Part shown: piece by piece, positions 22,979 to 33,884 of the stretch | Numbering within the stretch: the first letter of the stretch is position 1 | How the letters are laid out: every line of letters begins with the position of its first letter | Assembly: GCA_934167885.1 (NCBI GenBank) | Contig: CAKPMB010000001.1 | Span: 16,615-80,614 of the forward strand | Direction: 5' to 3' | From: an uncultured Bacilli bacterium | GTDB lineage: Bacteria; Bacillota_I; Bacilli_A; RF39; UBA660 | Length of the DNA stretch: 64,000 nucleotides | Translations under genes and position numbers: made by a program | The notes under the pieces: generated by a model | Databases searched by the model: none | What the model was told of the DNA's origin: nothing | Seen by the model: the letters and a program-made list of their open reading frames with translations, nothing else

Positions 22979-25900
22979 TAAAATTCCCCTCCTTCATCAA
23001 AATCAATATCACTATCATCTAAGTCATCTAGACTATCTTCTTCATCATCAAATTCACTATCATCATCCCATGAAGAATCATCGTCTTTTTGAGTATCAGT
23101 AGGTGGTGTTAATTCAATTTCATCAATATCTAAATTAGCACCCTCTCTATCTTCCTCATCTTCTATTTGTTTTAAATCACAAGCTTCACCTTTATCATTA
23201 ATAATCTTTAAATCAAGTCCTAAAGCTTGGAATTCTTTCATTAATACACGGAAACTTTCTGGAACACCAGCTTGATTTATATCTTGTCCTTTAACAATTG
23301 ATTCGTATACTTTAACACGTCCTAAAATATCATCTGATTTAACAGTTAATATTTCTTGTAATGTATGAGCAGCACCATAAGCATATAATGCCCAAACTTC
23401 CATTTCACCGAAACGTTGACCACCAAATTGAGCTTTACCTCCTAATGGTTGTTGTGTAACAAGTGAATAAGGTCCAGTTGAACGAGCATGTAACTTATCA
23501 TCAACCATGTGGTGTAACTTAATCATATACATAACACCAACAGCAACACGATTTTCAAATGGTTCACCAGTTCGTCCGTTATATAAAACTGTCTTACCAT
23601 CTGGTTCCATACCAGCTTCTTTCATCATATCAGCAATATCATCACTCTTAGCACCATCAAATACTGGAGTAGCAACATGAACATTTAGTTTCTTAGCAGC
23701 CATTCCTAAGTGAAGTTCTAAGATTTGTCCAATGTTCATACGAGATGGAACACCCATTGGGTTAAGCATAATATCAACAGGACGACCATCTGGAAGATAT
23801 GGCATATCTTCTTGAGGTAGAATTAAGGAAATAACACCCTTATTACCATGACGACCAGACATCTTATCACCAACTTGAATCTTACGTTTTTGAACGATAT
23901 AAATTCTAATTACTTTAGAAACACCTGCTGGTAATTCATCATTTTCTTTACGAGAATAAATTTTAACATCATGAACAATACCATCACCGCCATGTGGAAC
24001 ACGAAGAGATGTATCACGAACTTCACGTGTTTTTTCACCGAAAATAGCATGTAATAATTTCTCTTCAGAAGTTAATTCAGCCATACCCTTTGGTGTAACC
24101 TTACCAACTAAGATATCACCTTCATGAACTTCTGTTCCAATGATAACAATACCATTTTCATCAAGGTTCTTTCTAGCTTCTTCTGATACGTTAGGAATAT
24201 CTCTTGTAATCTCTTCTGGTCCTAATTTAGTATCACGACATTGCATTTGATAATCTTCTAAGTGAAGAGATGTATAAGCATCATCTTTAACTAAATTTTC
24301 ATTTAAGATGACAGCATCCTCATAGTTATAACCATTATATGTCATGAATGCTACAACAACATTCTTACCTAAAGCTAATTCACCTTTATCTGTACTTGGC
24401 CCATCAGCAATAACTTGACCACGATGAACAGTATCACCAGGATGAACAATAGGTCTATGATGTTGACAAGTTCCGGCATTTGATAATTCAAAGTTACTTA
24501 ATATATATACATCTTTATCTTTAGCATTTTTAATAACAATCTTCTTAGCATCAACGTAATCAACAACACCATCAGCTTTAGCAATAATTACAGCTCCAGA
24601 ATCTTTAGCTGCAACACATTCAACACCAGTTCCAATAAATGGAGCTTCTGAACGTAATAATGGCACAGATTGACGTTGCATATTTGCACCCATCAAAGCA
24701 CGAGTTGCATCATCATGTTCTAGGAATGGAATACAACTTGTTGTAACAGCAACTACTTGTTGTGGAGAAACGTCGATATAATCAACATCACTACTCTTAG
24801 CTAAAATGTTTTCACCCTTATAACGAGCATTAACCTTTTCTGGAACAATCATGTCATTATCATCAGTTTCAACAGTTGCTTGTGAAATAATAAATTCTGC
24901 TTCTTCATCAGCTGTTAAGTAGTCAACTTGATCTGTTAACTTCTTATCAATAACACGACGATATGGTGTCATAATAAAGCCATAATCATCAACTTTAGCA
25001 TAACTTGCAAGAGATGTAATCAAACCGATATTTTGACCTTCTGGTGATTCAATTGGACAGATACGTCCATAGTGACTTGCATTAACATCACGCACTTCAA
25101 CACCGGCTCTATCTCTTGATAATCCACCTGGACCTAAAGCTGATAAACGTCTTTTATTAGTTAATTCTGCTAGTGGGTTAGTTTGATCCATGAATTGTGA
25201 TAATTGACTTGAACCAAAGAACTCTTTCATTGCTGCTGTAACAGGACGAATATTAATCAATGTCTTAGGTGTTACTTCATCCATTTCTTGAGTAGTCATA
25301 CGTTCACGAATAACTCTTTCCATACGAGCTACACCAATTCTAAATTGATTTTGTAATAATTCACCAACTTGACGAATACGACGGTTTCCTAAATGGTCAA
25401 TTTCATCAAAATTACCAACACCATGTAATAAATTTAAATAATAACTTACTGATGCATATACATCTGAAATAGTTAATCTCTTAACATCAATATTATAATC
25501 ATTACCAATAACAATTAATTTTTCTTTTTTATTTTCTGGATTATAAATCTTAATAGTTTGAATCTTACCATGTGTATCTAATTCTTCATTTATTTTAGCA
25601 TCTACTAAGTTATAACCATTATTAAATATAGGCTTTAATTCTTCTAAAATATCTTTAGTAATTAAAGTATCTTTTGCAAATTTTTTCTCACCATCAATAA
25701 CAATATCTTCAGCTAAAGTTTGTCCTAATAATCTATCAGCAATATTTAATTTACGATTAAATTTATAACGACCAACCTTAGCTAAATCATAACGGAATTC
25801 ATCGAAAAAGCGAGTAATAATTTGGTTTTTAGAACTATCTAGAGTTGATGGTTCTCCAGGACGTAACTTCTCATATATTTCAATCAAAGCTTCATCAGTA

Positions 25901-26586
25901 TTACGAGTGCTATCCTTAGCAATAGTATTTTCAATATATGGATCATGTCCAAACAAATTATAAATATCTTCATCACTTGATAAACCAAAAGCACGTAATA
26001 AAGTTGTTAAAGTAACTTTACGAGTTCTATCAATTCTTACATATACAACATCACGAGCATCGGTTTCAAATTCAAGCCATGTTCCACGTGTTGGTATAAT
26101 TTGTGATGTAATGATATTACGACCATTCTTGTCGATTTCACGATTAAAATATACACTTGGGCTTCTTACCAATTGACTAACAATAACACGTTCAGCACCG
26201 TTAATAATAAACGTTCCACTTTCAGTCATTAAAGGCATATCACCTAAGAATATTTCTTGTTCTTTTACCTCTCCAGTTTCGTGATTAAATAATCTTACTT
26301 GCACCTTTAATGGAGCAGCAAAAGTAGTCTCACGATCTCTACTTTCTTTAATAGAATATCTTGGTTCATCTAAATGATAATCACCAAATTCCAAAGAAAG
26401 AGTTCCTGAGAAATTTTCTACGGGGAATAAATCTTCTAAAACTTCTTTTATACCATGTTCAATAAACCATTGGTAACTCTTTTTTTGAATTTCTAATAAA
26501 TCTTTTAATTCATATGTTTTTTTGATCCGCGAAAAAGATCTTCTTTGACGATAATCGCCACAATTAATTAGCTTATAAGCCATCAT
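22978..26586 (-). CDS. rpoB: DNA-directed RNA polymerase subunit beta, with an unusual acidic C-terminal tail
   Basis: 1202 aa with the rifampicin-region and other conserved beta-subunit blocks. The last ~60 residues are almost pure D/E/S ([35 protein letters not shown]). Confidence 0.95.
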   Translation of the reverse strand: MMAYKLINCGDYRQRRSFSRIKKTYELKDLLEIQKKSYQWFIEHGIKEVLEDLFPVENFSGTLSLEFGDYHLDEPRYSIKESRDRETTFAAPLKVQVRLFNHETGEVKEQEIFLGDMPLMTESGTFIINGAERVIVSQLVRSPSVYFNREIDKNGRNIITSQIIPTRGTWLEFETDARDVVYVRIDRTRKVTLTTLLRAFGLSSDEDIYNLFGHDPYIENTIAKDSTRNTDEALIEIYEKLRPGEPSTLDSSKNQIITRFFDEFRYDLAKVGRYKFNRKLNIADRLLGQTLAEDIVIDGEKKFAKDTLITKDILEELKPIFNNGYNLVDAKINEELDTHGKIQTIKIYNPENKKEKLIVIGNDYNIDVKRLTISDVYASVSYYLNLLHGVGNFDEIDHLGNRRIRQVGELLQNQFRIGVARMERVIRERMTTQEMDEVTPKTLINIRPVTAAMKEFFGSSQLSQFMDQTNPLAELTNKRRLSALGPGGLSRDRAGVEVRDVNASHYGRICPIESPEGQNIGLITSLASYAKVDDYGFIMTPYRRVIDKKLTDQVDYLTADEEAEFIISQATVETDDNDMIVPEKVNARYKGENILAKSSDVDYIDVSPQQVVAVTTSCIPFLEHDDATRALMGANMQRQSVPLLRSEAPFIGTGVECVAAKDSGAVIIAKADGVVDYVDAKKIVIKNAKDKDVYILSNFELSNAGTCQHHRPIVHPGDTVHRGQVIADGPSTDKGELALGKNVVVAFMTYNGYNYEDAVILNENLVKDDAYTSLHLEDYQMQCRDTKLGPEEITRDIPNVSEEARKNLDENGIVIIGTEVHEGDILVGKVTPKGMAELTSEEKLLHAIFGEKTREVRDTSLRVPHGGDGIVHDVKIYSRKENDELPAGVSKVIRIYIVQKRKIQVGDKMSGRHGNKGVISLILPQEDMPYLPDGRPVDIMLNPMGVPSRMNIGQILELHLGMAAKKLNVHVATPVFDGAKSDDIADMMKEAGMEPDGKTVLYNGRTGEPFENRVAVGVMYMIKLHHMVDDKLHARSTGPYSLVTQQPLGGKAQFGGQRFGEMEVWALYAYGAAHTLQEILTVKSDDILGRVKVYESIVKGQDINQAGVPESFRVLMKEFQALGLDLKIINDKGEACDLKQIEDEEDREGANLDIDEIELTPPTDTQKDDDSSWDDDSEFDDEEDSLDDLDDSDIDFDEGGEF

Positions 26587-26685
26587 TTCACCCCATTACA
26601 TAAAATTTAAATTTTATAAACATATTAAGTTTTATAATATGCCGCCAACATATATTAATAACACAATTGTCTACAATAGTCAACC

Positions 26686-27267
26686 TTATTTAAGGCAAAT
26701 AATTAAAAAACCTTTGTCTTTGTCAACTATGTTTACGTCAAATGATTTTTGCATATCTTTGATAAATGAATTAGCCCCCTGTTGCTTCCTTATTACCAGA
26801 TAAATTTCCCCATTTTCTTTAAGACATTTTTTAGAATCTAAGATAAGCTCATATAGTTTTTGCTTACCAACTCTAATTGGTGGATTAGTAACAACAAAAT
26901 CAAACTTTTCATCCTTAATCTCACTTATACCATCACTCACTAAACACTTAGCATTCAAACACCCATTTTCTTTAATATTCATAGCACTAAGATGAACAGC
27001 GCGTCTATTAACATCAACCATCGTTACATGCGCACTAGCAATTTTATTTAAAATAATACCAATCGCACCATAACCACACCCTAAATCCAAAACATCACCA
27101 TACACAAGCGATGCTGTATTTTTTAATAACAAATAAGTTCCAAAATCAAGTTCACCTTTAGAAAACACCCCATTATCCGTATTAAAAGTAAAAGATTTAT
27201 CCATAAACTTGACATTAACTTTTTTAATTTCACTTACTAAATTATCATTAGTAAAATAATGACTCAT
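26686..27267 (-). CDS. ybxB: Class I SAM-dependent methyltransferase (YbxB / RsmC-small-domain type)
   Basis: SAM-binding motif VLDLGCGYGAIGI and the FVVTNPP motif of N-methyltransferases. It sits immediately upstream of rpoB like B. subtilis ybxB. Confidence 0.75.
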   Translation of the reverse strand: MSHYFTNDNLVSEIKKVNVKFMDKSFTFNTDNGVFSKGELDFGTYLLLKNTASLVYGDVLDLGCGYGAIGIILNKIASAHVTMVDVNRRAVHLSAMNIKENGCLNAKCLVSDGISEIKDEKFDFVVTNPPIRVGKQKLYELILDSKKCLKENGEIYLVIRKQQGANSFIKDMQKSFDVNIVDKDKGFLIICLK

Positions 27268-27372
27268 TTTCCCTCCGAAACAAAAAGAAGTAACTAACTT
27301 TAATACTAAAATTAATTACTCCTTTCAACACAACATATTTTATAGATTTTTACTTTAATTTGCAAGTTATTT

Positions 27373-27675
27373 TTAAACAAATTCTATTAAATCAAAAGTA
27401 TTAACATCATAATTAAGTGATTTAACAATTGAATCTAATTCATACTCTTCAAAAGCTTGACTAATTTCTTTTTTAGATTTAAAGAACATTCCAATTTGAA
27501 GAATAAATAATTCTTTAATACTTTCATGCTTAACACCTAAATCTAATAAATATTCAACAATTTCTTGAACATTATGCTTATTAATAACAATATTATTAAT
27601 AATCGCTTTATCATTAGCATTAATTATTTTATCAATATCATCACTTGTCATATTATATTTTAATAGGAAATCCAT
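27373..27675 (-). CDS. Hypothetical 100-aa helical protein, last gene of a three-gene operon
   Basis: Its start is 2 nt from the stop of the 825-aa ORF. It shares a helical repeat flavour (VQEIVEYLLDLGVKHESIKELF) with the C-terminal half of the upstream protein. Confidence 0.45.
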   Translation of the reverse strand: MDFLLKYNMTSDDIDKIINANDKAIINNIVINKHNVQEIVEYLLDLGVKHESIKELFILQIGMFFKSKKEISQAFEEYELDSIVKSLNYDVNTFDLIEFV

Positions 27676-27676
27676 A

Positions 27677-30154
27677 CTACTCGCCTCCTAATTTTTTAAT
27701 AACATCTTTTAATTTTTCATATTGTTCTTTGGTAATAACTAAATTATAACAAACAGCGAATAATAAAGCTTCTGTCTTTCCGACACCATTTGATACAAGA
27801 ATATTATAATTTCTTAAAACTTTTGGACGAGAAATATCAACATCTTCGATAATATAACGTATTCCATTACGATATTTTTCTAATTTTTCTAATAACTCAT
27901 CTTCTTTCATTTCAACATAATCATTATTAGATATCAAATCTTGATATTTTATAAAATTATCTCTACTTATAATATCAAATTCATTATTAAAGAAATTTTT
28001 TAAATAATCTTCTGGCATATTGATAACATCAACTTTTAAATTAGTAATTTCGCCTGATAATGATTTTTCTTTTGAACCAAATACCTTACGTCCATGCAAA
28101 CTTGCATAACGTAAACGCTTAATTGTTTCATCGGTTACAACATTTAACTTATTAGGATATAACTTAATTAAATCAATACCATCAAATGTTTCATTACGAG
28201 ACCCTTTTAAAGTTTCCTTATAAACAGCTTCAACATAATAATCCATTTTTTCATGAACATCTTTTAATAATAGTAGATATTTAGCATTATGAGCATTAAT
28301 AGTTAAATCATAGTTTCTAACAATATTATAGTTATTAACAATTAAATCATGACTAGCAACTAATACTTCACGACTAAAGTCAAATAAATTAATTAAATCA
28401 ACACCATATTCTTTTAGTGAAGCAATATTCTTAACAAAGTTATCATAATTACCATTATCACCTTTAATAAAGATTGATGGCATAGTTTTAAAGACTATAT
28501 TAGTTGTAATCTTTTTATCTTCTTCATCAACTGATAAAGATTCACCAATTATTTTAACAATTTCTTCAATAACTTCTTTACTAGAATAAATTAACAATTG
28601 AGCTACTAATTCATTATTTTTTTCAATTAATCCTAAAACACCTAACTCTTTTAATGATTCAAAAATAGCCTTATAACTATCTAAGTCACCTCTTAATAAT
28701 AATTCCTTGTTAACATCATCAAAATCATCATAATTAAGAGTATATTCATTTAATAGACTACGAACACTATCAGCGCTTAACTTTTCACTATCTACCTTTT
28801 CTTCATGAACTTCTTCTTTTGGTTCTTCTTCTAAAGTATCAGTTTCATCTAATTCACTTGTCTTAAGTGTTGAAGATGGTTCTTTAATACTTTCTAATTC
28901 TTGTTCGGCAACCGCTTCATTTAATGGTTCTTGAAGAGGCACAACTGGATCATAATCTTCATAATCTTCTTTAGTTAAATCATCAAAGTCATCAAATGAT
29001 TCGTCTTCTTCATCTTTATTATCTTCTTCTTTAACTTCTTCTAATTCAGCAACATGAGGAAGTTCTGAAACTAAATTCTCTTCCTTAGTCTCTTCTTCTT
29101 TTGGTTCTTCCTCTAATTCTTCATCTTGAGCAAGTTTTTCATTTACTTTCTTTAAAAGATTAGCATTAACAATATCATCATACTCATTATGATCAATTTC
29201 TTCTTCTTTATTTAAACTTTCATCTTTAGCAAGCAAATCATTTACTTTTTTTAAATTTTCTTTTATTTCTTCATTACTTTCATTAACAGCATGCGCATTT
29301 AATGGTGGAATAATAATCGTTTTATCAACATCAGATGAAGAAGAAATACTTAATCTATCATCCTCATCTTCTGAAGGTTTAGTATCTTCTACCTTTTCTT
29401 CTTTAACATTATCTTCCTTTTTATCATCATCTTCTGTTTCAACCGGAATATTAACCTTAACTGATTCTTCAAATGGAACTGCAAGATTTATTTTTTCTTT
29501 TTCTCTTTCTTCACGTCTTGCCATTTCATCTTTTTCATAAATGCTAGCATTATATTCAAGTAAATAACATAATAAATCAAACGTCTTTTCTTTCGATAAC
29601 TCACCATAAACTAAAGCTTCAATAACTGAATCAATATCTAAAACATATTTATTCTCTTTTATCTCATCTAAAATTAAAGCATAACGTTTTTCATACTCTT
29701 TTAATAAATTTAAATCAGTTATTTCTAATTTTTGTTTATCAGCATTTAAATTTTGTAATACTTCTTGATAATCTTTTTCTTTTTCTAATAACTTATCAAT
29801 AAATAAATTAATAGCATCTATTTGTTCTTGTGTTAATGATAATGAAATACCATCATTAATACCCTTAATTAAATATATTAAACCATCATAATTACAACTA
29901 TTAGTGCCAAATACTTTTAAAACACTATCATCTAGTTCCATAAGAAGTTTATTAAAAGTTTCTCTATCAATTGATACAAAATTATATATATCAAAGCCTC
30001 TTTCTTTTCCTTTAAAATTATTTATGGCATTTTGAACAAATTTAAGTTCAGCATTTTCATCATCCATTTTGGCATGGATATCATTTAAAGCATCTATATC
30101 ATTAGTAATACTCTTTAATTTAAAATTTAATACTTTAATTAAATCTTCTTTCAT
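27677..30154 (-). CDS. Large hypothetical protein: coiled-coil N-terminus, about 230-aa acidic low-complexity linker, helical-repeat C-terminal domain
   Basis: 825 aa. Residues 210-440 are a D/E/K-rich low-complexity stretch. The C-terminal 380 aa show recurring 30-35-aa helical units (e.g. SLKELGVLGLIEKNNELVAQLL). No enzymatic motif recognised. Confidence 0.55.
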   Translation of the reverse strand: MKEDLIKVLNFKLKSITNDIDALNDIHAKMDDENAELKFVQNAINNFKGKERGFDIYNFVSIDRETFNKLLMELDDSVLKVFGTNSCNYDGLIYLIKGINDGISLSLTQEQIDAINLFIDKLLEKEKDYQEVLQNLNADKQKLEITDLNLLKEYEKRYALILDEIKENKYVLDIDSVIEALVYGELSKEKTFDLLCYLLEYNASIYEKDEMARREEREKEKINLAVPFEESVKVNIPVETEDDDKKEDNVKEEKVEDTKPSEDEDDRLSISSSSDVDKTIIIPPLNAHAVNESNEEIKENLKKVNDLLAKDESLNKEEEIDHNEYDDIVNANLLKKVNEKLAQDEELEEEPKEEETKEENLVSELPHVAELEEVKEEDNKDEEDESFDDFDDLTKEDYEDYDPVVPLQEPLNEAVAEQELESIKEPSSTLKTSELDETDTLEEEPKEEVHEEKVDSEKLSADSVRSLLNEYTLNYDDFDDVNKELLLRGDLDSYKAIFESLKELGVLGLIEKNNELVAQLLIYSSKEVIEEIVKIIGESLSVDEEDKKITTNIVFKTMPSIFIKGDNGNYDNFVKNIASLKEYGVDLINLFDFSREVLVASHDLIVNNYNIVRNYDLTINAHNAKYLLLLKDVHEKMDYYVEAVYKETLKGSRNETFDGIDLIKLYPNKLNVVTDETIKRLRYASLHGRKVFGSKEKSLSGEITNLKVDVINMPEDYLKNFFNNEFDIISRDNFIKYQDLISNNDYVEMKEDELLEKLEKYRNGIRYIIEDVDISRPKVLRNYNILVSNGVGKTEALLFAVCYNLVITKEQYEKLKDVIKKLGGE

Positions 30155-30155
30155 A

Positions 30156-31073
30156 CTAGCACTCTCCCTTTATAATGTTTATAATCTCTTCATTATCAAC
30201 AATATCTTTTATTTTTTCTTCTATTTTATCAATATTATAAACTTCATTCATTAATTCTTGCAAATGATCATAATTTTCAATTTCTAAATCAACATTTAAT
30301 TTTTTTATAAGCCATACTTTCTTAGCAAGTAAAACATTATGAATATTTATTTTTTTAGATAAATCATCATTAATAATTTGATCTAACGGTTCATCTATCT
30401 TTATATAATCATCTATATAATCTAATAAATCCATGTATGTCGGCTTTAAATACTCTTTATTTTCTTCTAATATTCGTGAACACTCATTAATATCACAACA
30501 AATATCTTTATCTTGACATGAAGCCATCTTAATATATGTTTTATTATTGGCATGTAATATATCTTTAATAATAGCAATCTTTTCATCTTGAACAAAAATA
30601 AATTCATCTAAAACCATTAAGAATTCTTTAGGTTTATCAATAAAAATATTATCATTTTCAAACATATGCAAATACTTTTCATAAATAATATCACGTTTAT
30701 ATAAACAATTCGCTTTCTCATATTCACGATCTATATATTCTTTATACAATTGGACATAATCATATATGTTGTTTATATATTGTTCAGCATAAGCATATTG
30801 TGGCAATGCCTTCATCTCATCAATTGGTGAAAAGTATACATATTTATAAGCATCAAATTCTTTTTTATTGCTTTTAACTTTTTCTAATAAATGGATTAAT
30901 ATATCACTATTATCATAGTTAAAAATATTAGACGGAACACCATTTGTATATAAAACTAAATCATTAAGTTTAGTCTTAATTTCATAGGTATCATCTAATA
31001 ATTTCTTATCATTTTCAATATTACTAACACTATCTTGTAACAATTTTTTCAATTTTTCTTTAGCATCACACAT
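30156..31073 (-). CDS. Hypothetical protein, first gene of the three-gene operon
   Basis: 305 aa, acidic, Y/D/E-rich, with a Cys cluster CQDKDICCDINEC. Its stop is 2 nt from the next gene's start. A divergent promoter region is shared with cwlJ. Confidence 0.5.
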   Translation of the reverse strand: MCDAKEKLKKLLQDSVSNIENDKKLLDDTYEIKTKLNDLVLYTNGVPSNIFNYDNSDILIHLLEKVKSNKKEFDAYKYVYFSPIDEMKALPQYAYAEQYINNIYDYVQLYKEYIDREYEKANCLYKRDIIYEKYLHMFENDNIFIDKPKEFLMVLDEFIFVQDEKIAIIKDILHANNKTYIKMASCQDKDICCDINECSRILEENKEYLKPTYMDLLDYIDDYIKIDEPLDQIINDDLSKKINIHNVLLAKKVWLIKKLNVDLEIENYDHLQELMNEVYNIDKIEEKIKDIVDNEEIINIIKGEC

Positions 31074-31203
31074 ATTATATCAATCCCTTATTATATAAAT
31101 TATAATAGCATAACTATTTTTAAAATACAATATTTTTAAAAACATTTGTTAATTATAACAAGACAAATTTACTTATTATGAATAAACTACTATAGGTGAT
31201 TTT

Positions 31204-31632
31204 ATGGCTATAATTAAATATACAGAAAAGGAATTAGATACCTTAGCAAGACTTATGCGGGCTGAAGCGGTTGGTGAAGGTGAACTTGGGATGTTAATGG
31301 TAGGCAATGTTGTTGTTAATAGAGCTCTTGCCAATTGTTTAGCATTTAAAGATATTAAAAGCATTAATGATGCTATATACCAAAGTCCAGGGGGATTTGG
31401 AGGAGTTACTAGTAACCTATTTTATAGCGCTTCTACCGTTAAAGAAAGAGATCTTGCAAGACGCGTTTTAAATGGTGAATACTACTATCCTGCAACCAAT
31501 GCCCTATGGTTCTACGCTCCTAATAATAATGCAAACTGCATTGCCTTTTGGTATGAACAAAAAAACTCCGGAAGGTATAAAAACCATTGTTTTTATGAAC
31601 CATATCCAGGAGTTTGTAACGAACTTTATTGA
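31204..31632 (+). CDS. cwlJ: CwlJ/SleB-family cell-wall (spore cortex) hydrolase
   Basis: 142 aa. LARLMRAEAVGEGELGMLMVGNVVVNR is the hallmark of the Hydrolase_2 / SleB catalytic domain. The size matches B. subtilis CwlJ. AGGTGA RBS. Confidence 0.8.
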   Translation: MAIIKYTEKELDTLARLMRAEAVGEGELGMLMVGNVVVNRALANCLAFKDIKSINDAIYQSPGGFGGVTSNLFYSASTVKERDLARRVLNGEYYYPATNALWFYAPNNNANCIAFWYEQKNSGRYKNHCFYEPYPGVCNELY

Positions 31633-32393
31633 TTATTTTTTTTATTATAAGTATCAAACGCTTTTAAAATATCAACCGGTAATGCAAAAATAACCGTATT
31701 TGACTGATCACTACTTAAATCATTAAGAGTTTCTAAAGTTCTTAAATGAACTGAAATAGGATTTTTACTTAAAGTTTCAGCAGCTTTATTAAGATTTTCA
31801 CTTGCTTCTACTTCACCTTTAGCCTTTGTAATAACCGCTTGTTTCTCACGTTCAGCTTCCGCTACTCTTGCAATAACACGTTTCATCTCTTCAGGAAGCG
31901 CAACATCTTTTAATTCAACATTTTCAACTTTAATTCCCCATGGATCAGTAGCCTTATCAATAATTTGACAAATCTTATCAGAAATCATTTCACGTTCTGA
32001 TAATAATTCATCAAGACTTACTTCACCAACAGCATTACGCATCGTTGTTTGCGCAAGTTGACTTACAGCATAAAAGAAATTCTCAACTTCCAAAATAGCC
32101 TTACTAGCATCAAAAATCTTATAATAAATAACCGCATTAATTCTTACTGACACATTATCCTTTGTAATAGCATCCTGTTCAGGAACATCAACAGCTTTTG
32201 TTCTAATATCAATCTTTTTATATGATTGAATAAAAGGTAAAACAATATTCCAGCCTGGATTCATTATTTTAGAAAACTTACCAGTTGTAAACTTAATACC
32301 ACGTTCATATTCATCAATTTGTTTAATCGATGATAATAATAATAAAACAATAACCAAAATAATTATAATAATCATAAGCACTCCTTTCACCAT
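31626..32393 (-). CDS. SPFH / band-7 (stomatin-like) membrane protein
   Basis: N-terminal TM (IIIIILVIVLLLL) followed by a band-7 core (ERGIKFTTGKFSKIMNPGWNIVLPFI...) and a C-terminal coiled coil (AEAEREKQAVITKAKGE). Confidence 0.8.
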   Translation of the reverse strand: MVKGVLMIIIIILVIVLLLLSSIKQIDEYERGIKFTTGKFSKIMNPGWNIVLPFIQSYKKIDIRTKAVDVPEQDAITKDNVSVRINAVIYYKIFDASKAILEVENFFYAVSQLAQTTMRNAVGEVSLDELLSEREMISDKICQIIDKATDPWGIKVENVELKDVALPEEMKRVIARVAEAEREKQAVITKAKGEVEASENLNKAAETLSKNPISVHLRTLETLNDLSSDQSNTVIFALPVDILKAFDTYNKKNNQ

Positions 32394-32470
32394 AATAATA
32401 GCATATTACATTACCTTACTCAATATTAAAAAAGTTAGTAGAAATTAAAAATTCACTAACTTTTTTGTCT

Positions 32471-33883
32471 TTAAGCTTTCTTCTTACAATAAACAATCGC
32501 ACTAATTAAAGCAATTAAACCAATTAAACAAGTGCCAACACCAATATAATAACCCATCATATTATTAGAATCATCTTTAACATTATTATTCTTATTATCA
32601 TCAATCACACTTTGTTTATTACTTATATTAATTTTATATTCTAATTTATTCTCACCATCCGAAGATGTTGTATTAATAATAATTTGACTACCATCTTTAA
32701 GATTTTCATTATTTAAAATTTCATAAGAAGCATTACCATTTTCCATTTGAACAACAATATTTAAAGACGATTCATTATTAATTTGTAGATTATATTCAAA
32801 AACATCTTTAGAAAAATTAATATTATAATTAGCAATTGTTATTCCTTGAATATAGGCGTTACTCTTATCATTAGGATCCATTTGAATCTCGCCTCTTATG
32901 ATATTTAAAGTATATGTTTTAACTCTTTCATTTTCAGCCATAACTTTAATCAAAACAGCATTTTCGCCTTCTTTTAAACTTACTTCACGATTGCCAAAAC
33001 CATCAACATATTTTGATTTAGCATTGGTTAATTCAGAATCAATACTTATTTTATCAATATCTTTTGAAACCTTTATACTATATGTTGTTGTATCTGATTT
33101 AAAATTTATGGTGCCACTACTTAGTTTTAATGATTTCAAAGTATTAACATTACTTCTATCATCTTTTCTAGTAATTTTTAAAACGTATTCTTTTTTATTA
33201 CCAGCCTCACTCGTTACTACTATTTTAAAAGTATTAAGACCATATTTAAGATTTTTAGTGCCAATTCCTGTAATACTTGCTTTAGCATCAGTTTTGTCCG
33301 CTGATATCACAACGCTTGAAGTTTTAGAATCAACTGTTTTGGCATATGATGTTGTCCCAGAATTAAAATTATCCACTAACACATCATCTATTTTTAAACT
33401 TGATAGTGTATTAACATTTGATAAAACATTCAAAGAAAGAGTTCCACCACTTATCGTTACGCCATTACCACTCTCATCTGTTGCACTTGGATTACTAATA
33501 GTAATATTAGTATTTCCAAATGAAGCACTTGAACTAATATTAAATACCAATTTAACAACATTTTTATTTTTATCACCTATTAAATTGTTAAAAGTCAAAT
33601 TAGCATATCCAAACTTTCCATTATTACTAACGGGTGATAATTCTGTCCAATTATTAGATGCTAGTAAATTACTTTGACTCTTCAAAGTTAACACCTTACT
33701 ATCATATGACAAAACACCATCTAAACCAGAGATTTTTTTATCACTATCTTCTCTTGTTAAAGTAACATACACTGTAACATCAGAACCTCTTCCACCTTTC
33801 GTTGCACCTGTTGGTTTTAACGTTAAAGCCCTAGTATTAATACATGTAAACAATAACAATAATGTAATAAAAACTTTCTTCAT
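32471..33883 (-). CDS. Membrane-anchored surface protein: signal peptide, cohesin-like module, cadherin-like beta-sandwich repeats, C-terminal TM anchor
   Basis: Signal peptide MKKVFITLLLLFTCINTRA. Residues ~30-170 fit a cohesin beta-sandwich (VTVYVTL...ISGLDGVLSYDSKVLTL...VVKLVFNISSSASFGNTNITISN...GGTLSLNV). Three or four PF12733-like repeats follow (NVNTLSSLKIDD...YVLKITR). The C-terminus is a TM helix plus KKKA. The start is 1 nt after the upstream gene's stop. Confidence 0.6.
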   Translation of the reverse strand: MKKVFITLLLLFTCINTRALTLKPTGATKGGRGSDVTVYVTLTREDSDKKISGLDGVLSYDSKVLTLKSQSNLLASNNWTELSPVSNNGKFGYANLTFNNLIGDKNKNVVKLVFNISSSASFGNTNITISNPSATDESGNGVTISGGTLSLNVLSNVNTLSSLKIDDVLVDNFNSGTTSYAKTVDSKTSSVVISADKTDAKASITGIGTKNLKYGLNTFKIVVTSEAGNKKEYVLKITRKDDRSNVNTLKSLKLSSGTINFKSDTTTYSIKVSKDIDKISIDSELTNAKSKYVDGFGNREVSLKEGENAVLIKVMAENERVKTYTLNIIRGEIQMDPNDKSNAYIQGITIANYNINFSKDVFEYNLQINNESSLNIVVQMENGNASYEILNNENLKDGSQIIINTTSSDGENKLEYKINISNKQSVIDDNKNNNVKDDSNNMMGYYIGVGTCLIGLIALISAIVYCKKKA

Positions 33884-33884
33884 T

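Noticed and set aside
32898-33677. 259-aa plus-strand ORF antisense to the cohesin/cadherin-like gene
   Set aside because: It is a low-complexity L/S/F-rich translation of the opposite strand of a well-supported gene and has no RBS. Almost certainly a shadow ORF.
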